Source: Stegostoma tigrinum (taxonomy: Eukaryota). From it: a stretch of DNA of 64,000 nt. The translations under genes and the position numbers were made by a program. The notes under the pieces were generated by a model. It was given only the letters and a program-made list of their open reading frames with translations, did not search any database and was not told where the DNA came from. This document shows positions 1-12,580 of the stretch, piece by piece. Positions within the stretch are counted from its first letter, which is position 1, and each line of letters begins with the position of its first letter. The stretch covers positions 58,066,505 to 58,130,504 of the forward strand of contig NC_081359.1 of the NCBI RefSeq assembly GCF_030684315.1. The letters are read 5' to 3'.

Positions 1-250
1 GTTTATTATGCGACACATTTCGGCAAAAAGGAAAGAAAGAGGCAATATCAAGTCAATGGATACTTCTAAAGAGTGTGCACAAGCAGAGGCACCTGGAGGT
101 CCAAGTACTGTCCTGTATAACATTAATCGTTGATTACAAAAACAGAGAAGTTATGTTGAACAGCTATAAAACTCTGATTAGGCCACAAATTGGTTATTGT
201 ATCCAGTCTGGTCACCTTACATGACGAATGATATAAAGGTACTTGAGATG
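1..250 (+). mobile_element. CR1 LINE ORF2 C-terminal fragment (degenerate)
   Basis: ctataaaactctgattaggccacaaattggttattgtatccag reads YKTLIRPQIGYCIQ, the CR1 YKxLVRPxLEYCVQ motif; also seen at 6870 and 49560(-). Confidence 0.7.
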
Positions 251-252
251 GT

Positions 253-1100
253 CATAGAATCACAAAATTGTTACATTTGCAGAAGTCATTTGGCCCACCC
301 TGTCTGCACTGACTCTATGTGTACTCATCTCACTGCCAATCTCCTGCCCTCACTATAGAACTCTGCATGTTATTTCTATTCAAATAATCATTCAATACCA
401 TCTTGAATGATTCAATTGAACCTGCTTCCTCTGTAGTTGCAGCCTGTCCGTTCTATACCCAAACTGCAGGTACGGTGAAAAATGATTTTCTTACTTCGCA
501 TTTGGTTCTTTTGCAAAACATTTCAAAGCTGTTGTTCTTAATCTGTTAACGAGTAAGAATAGTTTCTTCGGATCCACTCATAATTTTGAAAACTGCTGTT
601 AGGTCACGTCTGAGCTTTCTCCTCTCCAAGGAAAAGAGCCACAACCTCTGCAATCTTTCCCCGTAATGGAAAGATATCAGTTCTGCACCCAGAACTATAC
701 ACAATACTGCCACTGAGATCGAATCAGTATCTTGTAAAATTTCAACATTATCACCCTGCTGTTATACTCTATGTCTCTATTTATGAAGCCTAGAATACTG
801 TATGCTCTATTAACATCTCTCTCTGCCCATCCTACCTTTAATAACATATTTGCAGGTACAAGTGTCTCTGCTCCTGTACACCTTTTATAAAGTACCTTTT
901 ATTTTGCAGCCTGTCCATGTGTTTTGTTCCAAAATGCATCACCCCTGTGTTGAACTTCATTTTCCACTGCCCACTCCAGCAGCCTGTCAATATCCTTGCT
1001 AAAGTTCTACACTGTCCTCCTTTCAGTGTAGAATTCTCCCAAGTTTTGTGTCATCAGCTAACTTTGAAATTGTCCCCGGAACACCAAGATCTAGGCAGTT
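253..1100 (-). mobile_element. CR1 LINE 3' fragment (RT end, 3' UTR, short-repeat tail)
   Basis: ORF 1023..1214(-) ends GTISKLADDTKLG (RT xADD motif); remnant catagaat tail at 253. Confidence 0.7.
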
Positions 1101-1946
1101 TATGTGTACGTATATAAAATATGTATTTGAAAAGAATAAACTTGCAGGGCCATAGAAATAGACCAAGTAAATCTGGCATGACTGGGTGGCAACAGGTTGG
1201 ACTCGGTGGGTCAAATGACCTCAGTTTGTGTCGTTGTGACTCTGACTATATCCTATTAGGAAATTTCCCTGGGCCCCACTTGCCTTTACAATACCTTCTT
1301 CAATGCCATCAAACGGCACAGCCCAATATACCAGTGTATCTTTCAAACAAACCCCTTGTATTACCAAACGTCAATAATCATACATTCACTGAAATCACCA
1401 GAGAAAGTGGCAATCACCTCACAGCTCTGGGTGTGACCTGCCCATCACCACCTCTGCTACACATTGCAGGAGGCACATTTGGTTTTCTAATTTTCATTTG
1501 CCATTCTTTATGCAACCCTGACCCACTGTTAGTATAACATTTACATCACTACATATAGTCTAGCAGGAAACTTAAATACAATATATTAAAATCTTACATT
1601 TGTGTTTACCTCTTGCCACCATGTACATTATGCATTCCTGTATTCCCATTTATAAAGTTTTTTTTCTTATATAAGCTTGTTACTCGAATCACACTCTCTG
1701 ACCGGTGATATGTGGAAAGCTGTAATTGTAACATGACAAGTCGACATAAAGAACTTTCATTATAACTGTGGACATAGGAATTTATATTGTTTTATTTTGA
1801 ATAAAGCTAAAGTCAAAATGTATAGCTTTAACACGGAAACTGATTACCTGGTGTCCTCTTCTCCTCTTACCTTGCTTATTCTAAAAAAATTGATTCTGTG
1901 CATGCTCCCTAATTGTAGTACTGGAGTTACCCAAATACAGTTAAAT

Positions 1947-2117
1947 GGATAATAAAATGTGAGGCTGGATGAACACAGCAGGCCAAGCAGCATCTCAGGA
2001 GCACAAAAGCTGATGTTTCGGGCCTAGACCTGAGATGCTGCTTGGCCTGCTGTGTTCATCCAGCCTCACATTTTATTATCTTGGAATCTCCAGCATCTGC
2101 AGTTCCCATTATCTCTG
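1947..2117 (+). mobile_element. Penelope-derived hairpin mini-insertion (inverted pLTR fragments + tail)
   Basis: 52-bp inverted arms 1948-1999/2029-2080; 37-nt tail 2081-2117; 12-bp TSD ATACAGTTAAAT at 1935-1946 and 2118-2129; same family as the 3' end of the PLE at 34775-34902. Confidence 0.9.
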
Positions 2118-2729
2118 ATACAGTTAAATAGAAACAGTTTTCCTTCATGCAAGATAGCTACAAGACCATTATTTAATCAAAAAATAGCACTGAGAGGACC
2201 ACTCACATTAATCCTGATGTTTGCCATTTGTTAGAGTACTTCATTTTATATGGAAACTGGCAGCTTTGGTTTTTTTTGTTAAAGCTGGAGATGTATTGCA
2301 GCTTTTTTCCAAACAGAAAGTTCCAACTACCAACTGCAGGTACAAACATAAGTTCATAAGATGATAAAGGATCAAGCCTTTTCTTCTCTTTGATTGGCGC
2401 TAATGAAACTTGTATTTACACAGCATATTTCACATTGTAAAAGGTACCGAGACATTATACCATTACTAGTGCCACAAATTTGTTAATGGTGAAATCCTGT
2501 GGAGAACTTAGCGATATTTAATCAGACAGAAGGATGAGATGGACAATCTGCAGTTTTCTTACCACTGCCCTGAGCACATTTGTGTGGGAAAGCCTTTAGT
2601 CAACTTTCCTACCCTGTTATTACTACACCTTAAGTGTTCGTTTGGCCCCATTTAAGAGCCCCGAACTCCACCCACAGCTCTAATCCAGTGCTGGTGCATT
2701 CACTGTGCAGGGTGCATGACAATAAAACT

Positions 2730-2820
2730 CTTTTTCTGATGAAGGGTCTAGGCACGAAACATCAGCTTTTGTGCTCCGAAGATGCTGCTTGGCCTGCTGT
2801 GTCATCAACTTTGTTATCTC
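2730..2820 (+). mobile_element. PLE pLTR fragment with minimal hammerhead motif
   Basis: CTGATGA-a-gggtctaggcac-GAAACATC at 2736-2763, then gcttttgtgctcc...gatgctgcttggcctgctgtg. Confidence 0.8.
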
Positions 2821-2922
2821 CAATTGTCTATCAGTTATCAGCAAGCAGCACACCTGCCCTGGGGTTATCGATCCTGAGGAAGGCCAGTGCTGCTCAGTTC
2901 AGTTCTTGACAGACACAAGAAG

Positions 2923-3025
2923 TGTTCTAAGGAAGGGTCACCATACCTGAAACGTTAACTCTGATTTTTTTCTTCACAGATACTGCCAGACCTGCTGAGC
3001 TTTTCTAGCAACTTCTGTTTTGTTA
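2923..3025 (+). mobile_element. PLE pLTR (second family) with degenerate hammerhead
   Basis: gttCTAAGGAagggtcaccatacctGAAACGTTaact...cacagatactgccagacctgctgagc; homologous to 23095, 24368(-), 41583, 43850. Confidence 0.75.
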
Positions 3026-6000
3026 TAAGAAATGGTGGGGTTTTCCTAAAAGAGGCAGCAGGGGGCACGAGGCCAGCTCTCCATGTTGGGACTGGGGTTC
3101 TCATTGCCTCCAATGGATTCTGCCCAAAAATTACGAGGAATGCTTAGCTGGTTGGCAACATTGAGCACCAAAACATGGAGAATGTTCATGTTTGGCATTT
3201 TGCCTGGTAATATTGCTAATTTTCTCATCCAAAAAATATGCTTCTTTCTTTAACTCAATTTTTTTTATAAAAACACAATAAGAAATGCTTATTCCTAAAA
3301 AGAAAAACAAGAAAATAAAAAAGCTACACACATAGTTTAGGAATCCAGAAACAAAAAAATGCAACCTAACCTGAAATCTACTTTACCATTTTGTAGTAAC
3401 ACAATGTGAAAACCAAGAAATTAGAGCTAATACAGGCCTGAATATGGATCAGCTTACTATTTAATGTATGGAAGCAGTTTGCTGTGCACTTTGTCCCAGC
3501 TGACCATTTAAAGTCACATTTATCAATAAAAATAAATCACTGTCTGACACCAGTGGATATCCTACTCATTCCCTCTTTTACTAATTAGTCTAAAAGGAGG
3601 GTAGATTTTGATCAGCCCGTCTATAGTCTGAATTTTGTCGGGAATGGGATTTTCTACACTGAAACTCATTAGAATAGCTAACATGTTCACTAGCTTCAGT
3701 TTAGTTCTGTACTTTTTCATTCAACTAGAGCTTCCATGTCTGATAGATTTGCAGACTTAATGAGATAATTCTCTTTTCCAGGTAACAACTAAATGCTGTT
3801 GAGGGATTTGTGTCTTTTATTGGTCAGTAGAGATCAACAAGAAAATTTTAAGTAGTTAATATGAGAAGTAGCAAAACAAATGGTGAGCAACTAGGGGATG
3901 GAGAGCTTGTAATTATGCAAACTATTTATTAATTGTATGAAGAATCAATATAACTGAAGCATAATATATCCAACACGACCTATCCAGCTATTTACATGAA
4001 TGATATGTATGGAGGGGCATGCTTTAGGCATGCATTACGATGGTGTTTGTAACATAATATGTGTTAGCCTTTTGAAGAAGATTGGATGAAGGTGTGAGTG
4101 ATTGCGACGTACCTTTGGTTCTATCTTGAGAAGGTTTTTTTTGTAAAATAATTTTTGTGAACCAATAATGAAGTAGCAGAGAGTTATTATTCTCTGCATG
4201 ATTACATCTTGTAATGTTTTTGAATTACGATGCTGATTTTAACCGGGAGCTTTCATGTGTTCTGGCTTAGTTATTTGTGAGTGAACACAAACTGTTTGCC
4301 CTATTTGTCTTTTGAAACTGCAGGTTCCAAATGGAAAATTGATGTTGATCTTACTTAAAAGGATTAAGTTGTGTACTTAATGGTCTAACTAATATGTATC
4401 AAACAAGTGCTGACCTGGACCGCATACATTTTAAGCCACTTCCTTTTGAAGCACATAACCATATGGTGCATAGCTGGCTTTAAAGATCTGAGTTCTACTT
4501 CTATTTTCCTTCTTTTGAATCCTACTTTCAATGCACAATAAGGGCTGCTAGCAATTAAGCCAGTTATTTTTCTCTCCATTAAACCCATTCATGTTGTATT
4601 CAAATCGTCAATGTTCTGTTACTGACTTTGGAACTTAGTGAATTAAATTTTAACATGAATGCTTTTTTTTTCCTGGGAAATCCAGTTTAAGTGCACAAAA
4701 AAAAACACAAAACTGAAGCTTCAGAGCAATTTGAAAATTTGACCGATCTTTCATCTTAACAATTGTCAAGTGTGAACACTAGGAATACTATCAAATTACA
4801 TGATGCAAGTACAGTAAACTCTTTATTGCGCTCTTTTGGCAACCCATAGTGAAAGAATGCAGTGAAGTGGCGCAGTACTAAGGAAGTAGTTTATGTGGGT
4901 TCCCTTTTGAAAAGGGACTTCTAAACAATGTCACATGGTCATGGTATATTAGAAAGGCTTATAAAGGAGTTGGTTGTATTACCAGAATTTTACGACAGTA
5001 TTTCATTACACTTTCAATAGGGCTATTCTGTTCTTTATCTTTTAAACCTTGGAGTCTGCTCACTCAGCATCATACATCATTTTCTAGTCAGGAGGTCAGG
5101 ACATTACAGGCTTCTCAATGAAGAGCAATCAATGCTACTCCATAGTTAAATGGCAGGAGATGTGATACAGGTCGAATCATCCAATCAGTGTATTTTTTTT
5201 TGTTATTGCTTCAAAGCAGCGTGCCTCACTATCAGTCTGACATTGCAGTCAGCAATCCAGCTTTAGAAATGCTGGTCCACAGCTAGCTACATTAACCTGA
5301 GAGATGGATACCCTCTCAGCGCTCTCTCTTTAAACAACCACTTGGCATTTTATTTTCTGTGTACATTTGTGCAATCCACACACACTGTTCTTTATAAGTT
5401 TGAGTAGTTTCCAAATCCAATTTGGCTGGATATGGGTTAATTTGGATGTTTCCTGTACTTTTCATTTAATCTTTTTGCATTCAGACTCTTCTTGCATCCT
5501 GTTAAATATAATGGACATGCCTAGTTTTCTAAATAGCATTTTAGTTATTATAAAACCTTAAGCTAATCCATAAACTCGTTCAGCATAACGCATTCAAGCA
5601 TTTAGTTTCGATGAATTACATATCCAGTATGTCCAAATGTTTTAAAAATGCAGTATTTTGACAATCAAAATGTCCGACCTGAAATCAGCCTTCAGCAGTG
5701 AAAACCCTGATATCATGGTGGAGGTTCTCAGAAGAAGTTATGACCTGGGAAAGGACATAGAAAGACTGCTGAGAGTAGGCTTTCAGTAAAATTATGTTTT
5801 TGTTTAACATACTGCTAACTATTTACACTGAAAGCTGAAGATGACACTGTACCCAGAGCATCCCTTTCCAGTGTCTGCTGTCATGTGATCTTTTACACCA
5901 TTGATGTAGGTAGACTTATTCAAATATTCTAGTGTTAAACTTGACCCTACGAAAATGTACAATTGCTTTAAGCTGTGGAGAAAAAAATATGTCTTGGGAC

Positions 6001-6837
6001 TCTAATCTGTCCAAATGTTGTTTTTAGACCTCCAGCAATGTACATGTCACATTTTCAACAAGTCCAGCTTTTAACATGTACTTTTTTACCTGAAATAATG
6101 AGATGCAGGTTGTAGACAAGGGTAGAAACTCCACTTGCTAGGATGTGCAACTTTATCGCATTTTGGCTTGCGCAAGTTATCTGAAACATGGTTCTGTAGA
6201 GCGTTGACAGAGATACCATTAAACCTAAAGCAGGACTCAGCCACTGCAACTAGGGGAATCCACTATAGAAGAATTACATTAAGTAAAAAATTATTTTGTG
6301 TACGTAAATACAGTCATATTTATTTACTTCACTAAGATTATTCACTTGGAAAATGCTAAGGCTAGTATCATGGGTTCAATCCCTGTTTCTGCACAACCAT
6401 CACCTAAATCTTCAGAATCCGAGAGGACCTGGAAAGGGGCAAGGCTCACTCTCAATTATTTTTTGCATATTGTGCTAAGCATGTATTTTTATGATGTGAG
6501 CTTTGCAGGCAAGGACCCTCCATGGTTGTTCTTAAAATGTGATGGGAGCTTTCTTCTTGAACAGCTACAGTCTGTACAGTGAAGGAACTTCCACAATGCG
6601 ACTGGGTAGAAAGTTCCAGAATTTTGTTCCAGGAATAATGATGTCGCAGCAATATACATCAGCATGCTGTCTGACGGCGAGGGGAAGCTGGGCAAGAAAA
6701 TGGCCTTACCAGAGTTGGTTATGTAAGCAATGATGGAGGTGCAGAACCTCAGATGGAAAAATTAGTTCTCCAGTTTTCTGGCATGGTACCCCCACAGTGA
6801 TTGCCCCATTCAGCCCGATTGATAGTCTTCACTACCT

Positions 6838-7448
6838 TTGAATGTAAAAGCAGGGATGTACTACTGAGGCTTTATAAGGCTGTGGTCGGGCCACTTTCGG
6901 AGTATTGCGTGCAGTTTTGGGCCCCATATCTCAGGAAGGACATACTGGACCTGGACCAGATTCAGAGGAGATTCACAAGAATGGTCCCAGGAAAGGAAAG
7001 CTTAACGTATGAGGAACATTTGACAATTCTGGGACTATGCTCATTGGAATTTAGAAGGATGAGGGGGGATCTAATTAGAACTTTCAGAATACTGAATGGT
7101 TTGGACAAAATGGATGATGGGAAGATGCTTCCATTGATAGGAGAGTCTAAGGCACAGCCTTAGGGTAAAGGGAAGACCTTTTAGAATGGAGATAAGGGGA
7201 AACTACTTCAGTCAGAGTGTGGTAAATCTATGGAATTCACTGCCACAGAAAGCTGTGAAGGCCAGGTCATTGAGTACATTTAAGACTGAGATAGATAGGT
7301 TCTTGATTGTCAAGGGGATCAAAGGTTATGGGGAGAAAGCAGGAGAATGGGGTGGAGGAACTTACCAGCCACGATTGAATGGCAGAGCAGACTCAGTGGG
7401 TCGAATGGCCTAATTTCTGCCCCTATGTTTTATGGTCTTATGGTCTTA
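6838..7448 (+). mobile_element. 5'-truncated CR1/HER1-type LINE (ORF2 C-terminus, 3' UTR, TATGGTCT tail)
   Basis: ORFs 6801..7163 (LYKAVVGPLSEYCVQFWAPYL...RRMRGDLI) and 7186..7413 (FSQSVVNLWNSLP); tail tatggtcttatggtctta. Confidence 0.9.
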
Positions 7449-7878
7449 CCTGCCAGATGGGGAACACTTTTGGAGTAGGCTGCATATCCAGTTGGCTTAG
7501 TTGTGTCAAAGTAGAAATTCAATCTCACACTACAGAGGCAATCATTTCTATTGTGTAGGGACATACAGGGAAACAGGATTAATGAGGTCCTGTTGCCTTT
7601 GTGTTGATGGGGGTCTGAGTCAAGTGGGGAATTTTGTGGTGCCTCTTGGGTAGCACTCCTGGTCCTTTTGGCCTACAAGTGTTTATATAAGGGCACTTAG
7701 CTTGTCTCTGAAGTTCCTGCCCTGCTTATGCTGCCAAGTCTGTTGAGCTCCAGAAAACCTAGCTATCCACAATAAAATCCAAAAAGAGGCCCTCACCCAT
7801 GTTAAAACTTCTTCATTGTTCTTGTCTCTCCAATTTAGAGCTCGTTTAACAGTATCAGGCTCTATTGTTATAGCTGGT

Positions 7879-8201
7879 GATTAGATTACATTAGATTCCC
7901 TACAGTGTGGAAACAGGTCCTTCAGCCCGATGAGTCCACACCGCCCCTTGATGCATCGGACCCAGACCAATCCCCCTTATAAGCCACACATCCCTGAATA
8001 CTACGGGCAATTTAGCATGGCCAATCCACCTAGCCTGTACATCTTTGGACTGTGGGAGTAAACTGGAGCACCCAGAGGAAACTCACACAGACATGGGGAG
8101 AATGTGCAAACTCTGCACAGACAGTTGCCCAAGGCTGGAATTGAACCCGGGTCTCTGGCGCTGTGAGGCTGCAGTGCTAACCACTGAGCCACCGTGCTGC
8201 C
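7879..8201 (-). mobile_element. HE1-type tRNA-derived V-SINE
   Basis: Minus strand: GGCAGCACGGTGGCTCAGTGGTTAGCACTG (A box) and GGGTTCAATTCC (B box); V-domain; CR1-derived 3' end with (AATCT)n tail; closely similar to 37894-38214. Confidence 0.92.
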
Positions 8202-9164
8202 TGTGAATTCTACCTTTATCTTGTGCATAATCAAGGGGGTCCCTAATTATTGGATAGTTTGCAAACTGCATGGGTTGTCTGAACTTAGATGATGGGACTG
8301 TATTCCTATGAAAGCACATTTATTTTAAATCAAGAAAACTGAAAGTCCATCTAATAGACTTCTCAGCAGCTTATGAAGACCATTCAAAAAGGTGGCAGAC
8401 ACTCGATTGACACAACAAAGAAGTTGTACAAATCAAACTTGTGTTCTCTATTTGTCATTTGAAGGGAAGTCCATTTACCCGTAGGGTCTATTTGAGTTGG
8501 CATTTGATATCTGCAGTAGACACCGTAAACTATAAAGTGAAGATCATCATTATATAGATTATTTTGTACTGTACAACCAGTTAACTATTAGACCAGTTTT
8601 CTGGAATGAGTATGACCCTTTTTTTGTGCATTTAAATGATGCGTGCAATATACAGAAATGGTCATCATGAGACAAAATATCATATATTTGAATGTAACTG
8701 TATTTAGAAAAGTATATTTTACCTCTATATAGACATTGAAAGACAAATAATACAGTGAATTATCTGCACGAAATGAGGGGAAATGAATCTCGCCAGTCCA
8801 TTAAAAATGTTGCCATTGAGGCAGACTCCCAAAATCAGTTATATTTAGTGCTCAGAATCTTGGTGCCATTTAACTGGTAAGTCATGGCAAACCCGTTATG
8901 CAATGGATGGAAATATTATGTAAGAGAAGGTAGGCATCAACCAGTACTTCATAGCTTAAATACTGCAGTTTCATGCTCTTAAAGCTTTATCAGAAATGTT
9001 TGTAGAGAAACTGAGGTGTTAATTGTATGCGCAAGAGAAACAAATGTAACTTGCAACTGGAAACTAGTTAGTTTTAAAGTTGTGGTCACTTATTTGCATA
9101 TTGTTCAGTTCTGTTTGCAGCCATTTAGACGTTGAAGGAGCAAGCCACAAATTGACATTATTTT

Positions 9165-9935
9165 CAAGCTTTGGCTGGTAAACAAGTGACATGCACATCT
9201 CAAACCTGCCAATGCAATGATCATCTCCAAGAAGAGAGAATTAACCATTAACATTGACATTAACAGCCTTATCATCACTGAATCTCATTTCATTAACATC
9301 TTAGCAGCTTGCCATTGACCAGAGACCTAATAGGACTAGGCGTATAAATAATGTGGCTACAGGGGCAAGGCATAGACTGGAATATGTGCAGGAACTTGAC
9401 TCGCTTCCTGATTTCTCAAAATCCATCCACCATCTGCAAGTCATCTGTTAGGAGTGTATCGGAATACTCACTTTGCTATTTCATGCATGAATGCAACTCT
9501 AGGAACACGCAAGCAACTCAACCTAGGGCAAAACAGCCAAATACACCAACTAAACCATTCATTGTCTCCATCACTGGCACCATCCACAAGATACACTGCA
9601 GTAACATGTTACATCTCCTCCCACAACAACTTGCAAGTCCACATATTAACACTTGATGAGATTTAGGAGAACTGGCATATGGGAATGCCACCATTTTGAT
9701 GTTCCACTCAAAAATCGTACACTGCCTGAATTTGAATATTTCTTGTTTTCTTCAGTGTCACTGAGTCAAAATCCTTTAACTTCACACCTAACAGAGCTAT
9801 GGATATGCCTGCAGTAAAAGGATTGCAACAGCTCGAGAAGAATGTACACCAGCATCTTCTCAAAGGCAATTGTGAGTCATAGGCACTAAATGCTAGTCTT
9901 ACCAATGATGTCTACATTCAGTGATCAAATAAAAA
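9165..9935 (+). mobile_element. Degenerate 3' part of second CR1-group LINE lineage
   Basis: caagctttggctggtaaacaagtgac (QAWADKWQV-like) and the 3' end ctcaaaggcaattg...aaatgctagtc match 23425-24365(-) and 59330-59915. Confidence 0.7.
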
Positions 9936-10071
9936 CTAATTCAAAAATCTATGAATAGTGGCACATAAGTGGTTTTAATGAGACTATGTTTGTTGTCATC
10001 TCTTTATGTTTTCTGGAACAAAGCTACATTTGAGTAAAATGCTTTTTGGCCAGTATTAACTTTTGTTTGCA

Positions 10072-10287
10072 ATCAGAGATAATGGGAACTGCAGATGCTG
10101 GAGAATCCAAGATAACAAAGTGTGAAGCTGGATGAACACAGCAGGCCAAGCAGCATCTCAGGAGCACAAAAGCTGATGTTTCGGGCCTAGACCCTTCATC
10201 AGAGAGGGGGATGGGGGGAGGGTACAGCCCAGCTCGTCCTCGCCTCCCTCACCTGTTCTTCTTCCTCCAGCTTCAAACTTTCTTATC
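10072..10287 (-). mobile_element. Penelope hairpin mini-insertion with complete hammerhead core
   Basis: 16-bp TSD TTAACTTTTGTTTGCA at 10056-10071/10288-10303; tail at left end; short inverted arm tccagcttcaaactttcttatc at right; minus-strand CTGATGA-a-gggtctaggccc-GAAACATC at 10175-10202. Confidence 0.9.
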
Positions 10288-10734
10288 TTAACTTTTGTTT
10301 GCATTTGCTTTGCGATCTCTTAAACTTTACACCCAATGACATTTATCGGGTGCCCTCTGTGTATCAATTTATCTTCCTTCTATAAATACTTGTCTTATGG
10401 CAACCAGTAAGATAGGTGTTTGCAGAACTCATAGTAACTCTGAAGGAAAATGTGTACACAGCACTATCAGTAACGAATACATAAAGCATTCACAACAACC
10501 CCAACATTAACTAGCACAATCGATTGTTCCTTTTACTCCAGACCACGTTTGGCCAAAACTCATTATTCTAAAAGTGGCAATGCCTCAGTACAGTAATTGA
10601 AGTTGACTCGGCAAGTTGATATATGGAGACAACAATGTATTTTAAATTAATATGGTGTTTTTATTAGATTATTTTCAACAGTGCAACGCACATTCTCTTT
10701 ATATCTTCCACATCAGTTGCCGATAGAGCTATGG

Positions 10735-10892
10735 CAAGATTCCCTCCCTGAAGGTATTATGGGCCTACCTCCAGCACATGGACTGCCTCAGTCCAAGGGG
10801 CAGCTCACTACCAGATCCTCAAAGGCAACAAGGAGCAGGCAATAAAATGCTAGCCAGCCAGCGATGCCCACATCCCATGAGAGAATAAAAAG
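10735..10892 (+). mobile_element. Short 3' terminus of second CR1-group lineage
   Basis: tccctccctgaaggtattatggg...cagctcactacc...ggcaataaaatgctagccagccagcgatgcccacatccc matches the reverse complement of 23435-23580. Confidence 0.75.
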
Positions 10893-12447
10893 ACATTTTC
10901 TACTCTTTTGTGTTGAATAGAACATAATCACACAGGTTTATAAATACATATTAATAAAAATAAGGAGTAATTCGTTAAGAATAATACTGTGAAAAGTGTA
11001 ATCTCAGTCGTTTGGGAAAAGTTTTGTCTGGAGGGGAAAGATCCAGTTGTCAGGGTCCAAATAAGAACCAACAGCATAGGTAGAAAGAGGAAAGAGGTTC
11101 TGCTGAGGGAATGTGAGTAGATATGCTCTAAATTGAAAAGCAAAAACGTAATCATCGCCAGATTACTACCATAGCTTGGCACAGGGCTGACAAGATTAAA
11201 GACATAAAGGTGTGGCTCAAAGATGGGAGTGGCAGAAATGGGTTTGAATCCATGGGACATTGGCACCAGTACTGGGTAAGGAGGGAGCTGTTCTGATGGG
11301 ACAAGCTCCACTTGAATTGTGCTGGGACCAGTGTCCCGGCGAATTACATAACTAGGGCTGTGGATTGATTTCAAAACTAAATCGCGGAGGCAGTTTCAGT
11401 TGCATGGAAAATTGTGGATAAAGCTAAAGGCAGCCAGGGCTCAGCTGAGACTATCCAAGTTTCCAGAAAAACTTATAGGATAGAGAGCGTGGAAAGGCTC
11501 AGAAATCTAACTTTAGGCACAGCAAATAAGCGGATAACTATGAAAAGGAGGGCAGCCAGTGCAGGACTGAGAGTGTTTTACTTAAATACTCACAGTACAC
11601 GAAACAAGGTGAATGACCTTGTCATGCAGTTTGAAATTGACAGGTATGATGTCGTAGATATCACGGAGACGTGGCTGCAAGGGAATCAGTGCTTGGAACT
11701 AAATATCCAAGGATCCACATCCTATTGAAAGAACAGGCAGATGGGGGGGGAGTTACCTTGTTAGTAATAAATTAGATTAAATTGATAGCAAGAAGTGAAA
11801 TGGATTCAGAAGGCATAGATTATGTGTATGTACAATTAAGGAATGCAAGGTAAAAAAAAGACACTGTTGGGAGTTACCTACAGGCTGCAGTCAAGATTTG
11901 GGGAAGAAAATAGATCCGGAGATAATAATAATAATGCCTATAATCATGGAGGACTTCATTATGTAGGTGGACTGGGAAATCAGATTGGTGGCAGATCCCA
12001 AGGAATAAAATTCATGGAATATGTATGAGGTTTCTTGAAGCAGTTTGTGGTGGAGCTGATTTGGGAATAGGCAGTTCTGGATTTGGTGATATGTAATGAG
12101 GCAGACTTGATGAGGGAGCTTAAGGTATAGAAATCCCTAGGGGCAGTGATCAGAATATGATAGAGTTCCACCTGCTGTTTGAGAGGGAGGAGCTTAATCA
12201 GATGTAACAGCATTACAATTGAATCAAGGTAACTACAAAGACATGAGGGAGGACTGGCCAGAGTTGATTGGAGTGGGAGCCTAACAGGGAAGATGGTAGA
12301 GCACTAATGGCAAGAGTTTCTGGGAGTAGCTCAGGAGGCTCGGCAGAAATTTATCCCAAGGAGAAAGAAACATACTAAGGAGAGCATGAGGAAACCATGG
12401 CTGACGTAGGAAGTCAAGGAGAGCATAAAAATAAAAGAGAAGGTATA

Positions 12448-12580
12448 CAGAGATATTAGGAACTGCAGATGCTGGAGAATCCGAGATAACAAGGCATAGA
12501 GCTGGATGAACACAGCAGGCCAAGCAGCATCTCAGAAGCAGGAAAGCTGACATTTCTGGCCTAGACCCCTCAGATTTTCA
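12448..12580 (-). mobile_element. PLE pLTR insertion nested in CR1
   Basis: cagagatattaggaactgcagatgctggagaatcc...gctggatgaacacagcaggccaagcagcatc; imperfect flanking duplication agagaaggtatac / agagaaagcatac. Confidence 0.85.

Noticed and set aside
1121-1537. 138-aa plus-strand ORF
   Set aside because: Starts in a CR1 3' UTR fragment and has no recognisable homology.
1948-2080. pre-miRNA hairpin or MITE
   Set aside because: The arms are PLE pLTR sequence with an asymmetric tail and a 12-bp TSD; better explained as an inverted PLE insertion.
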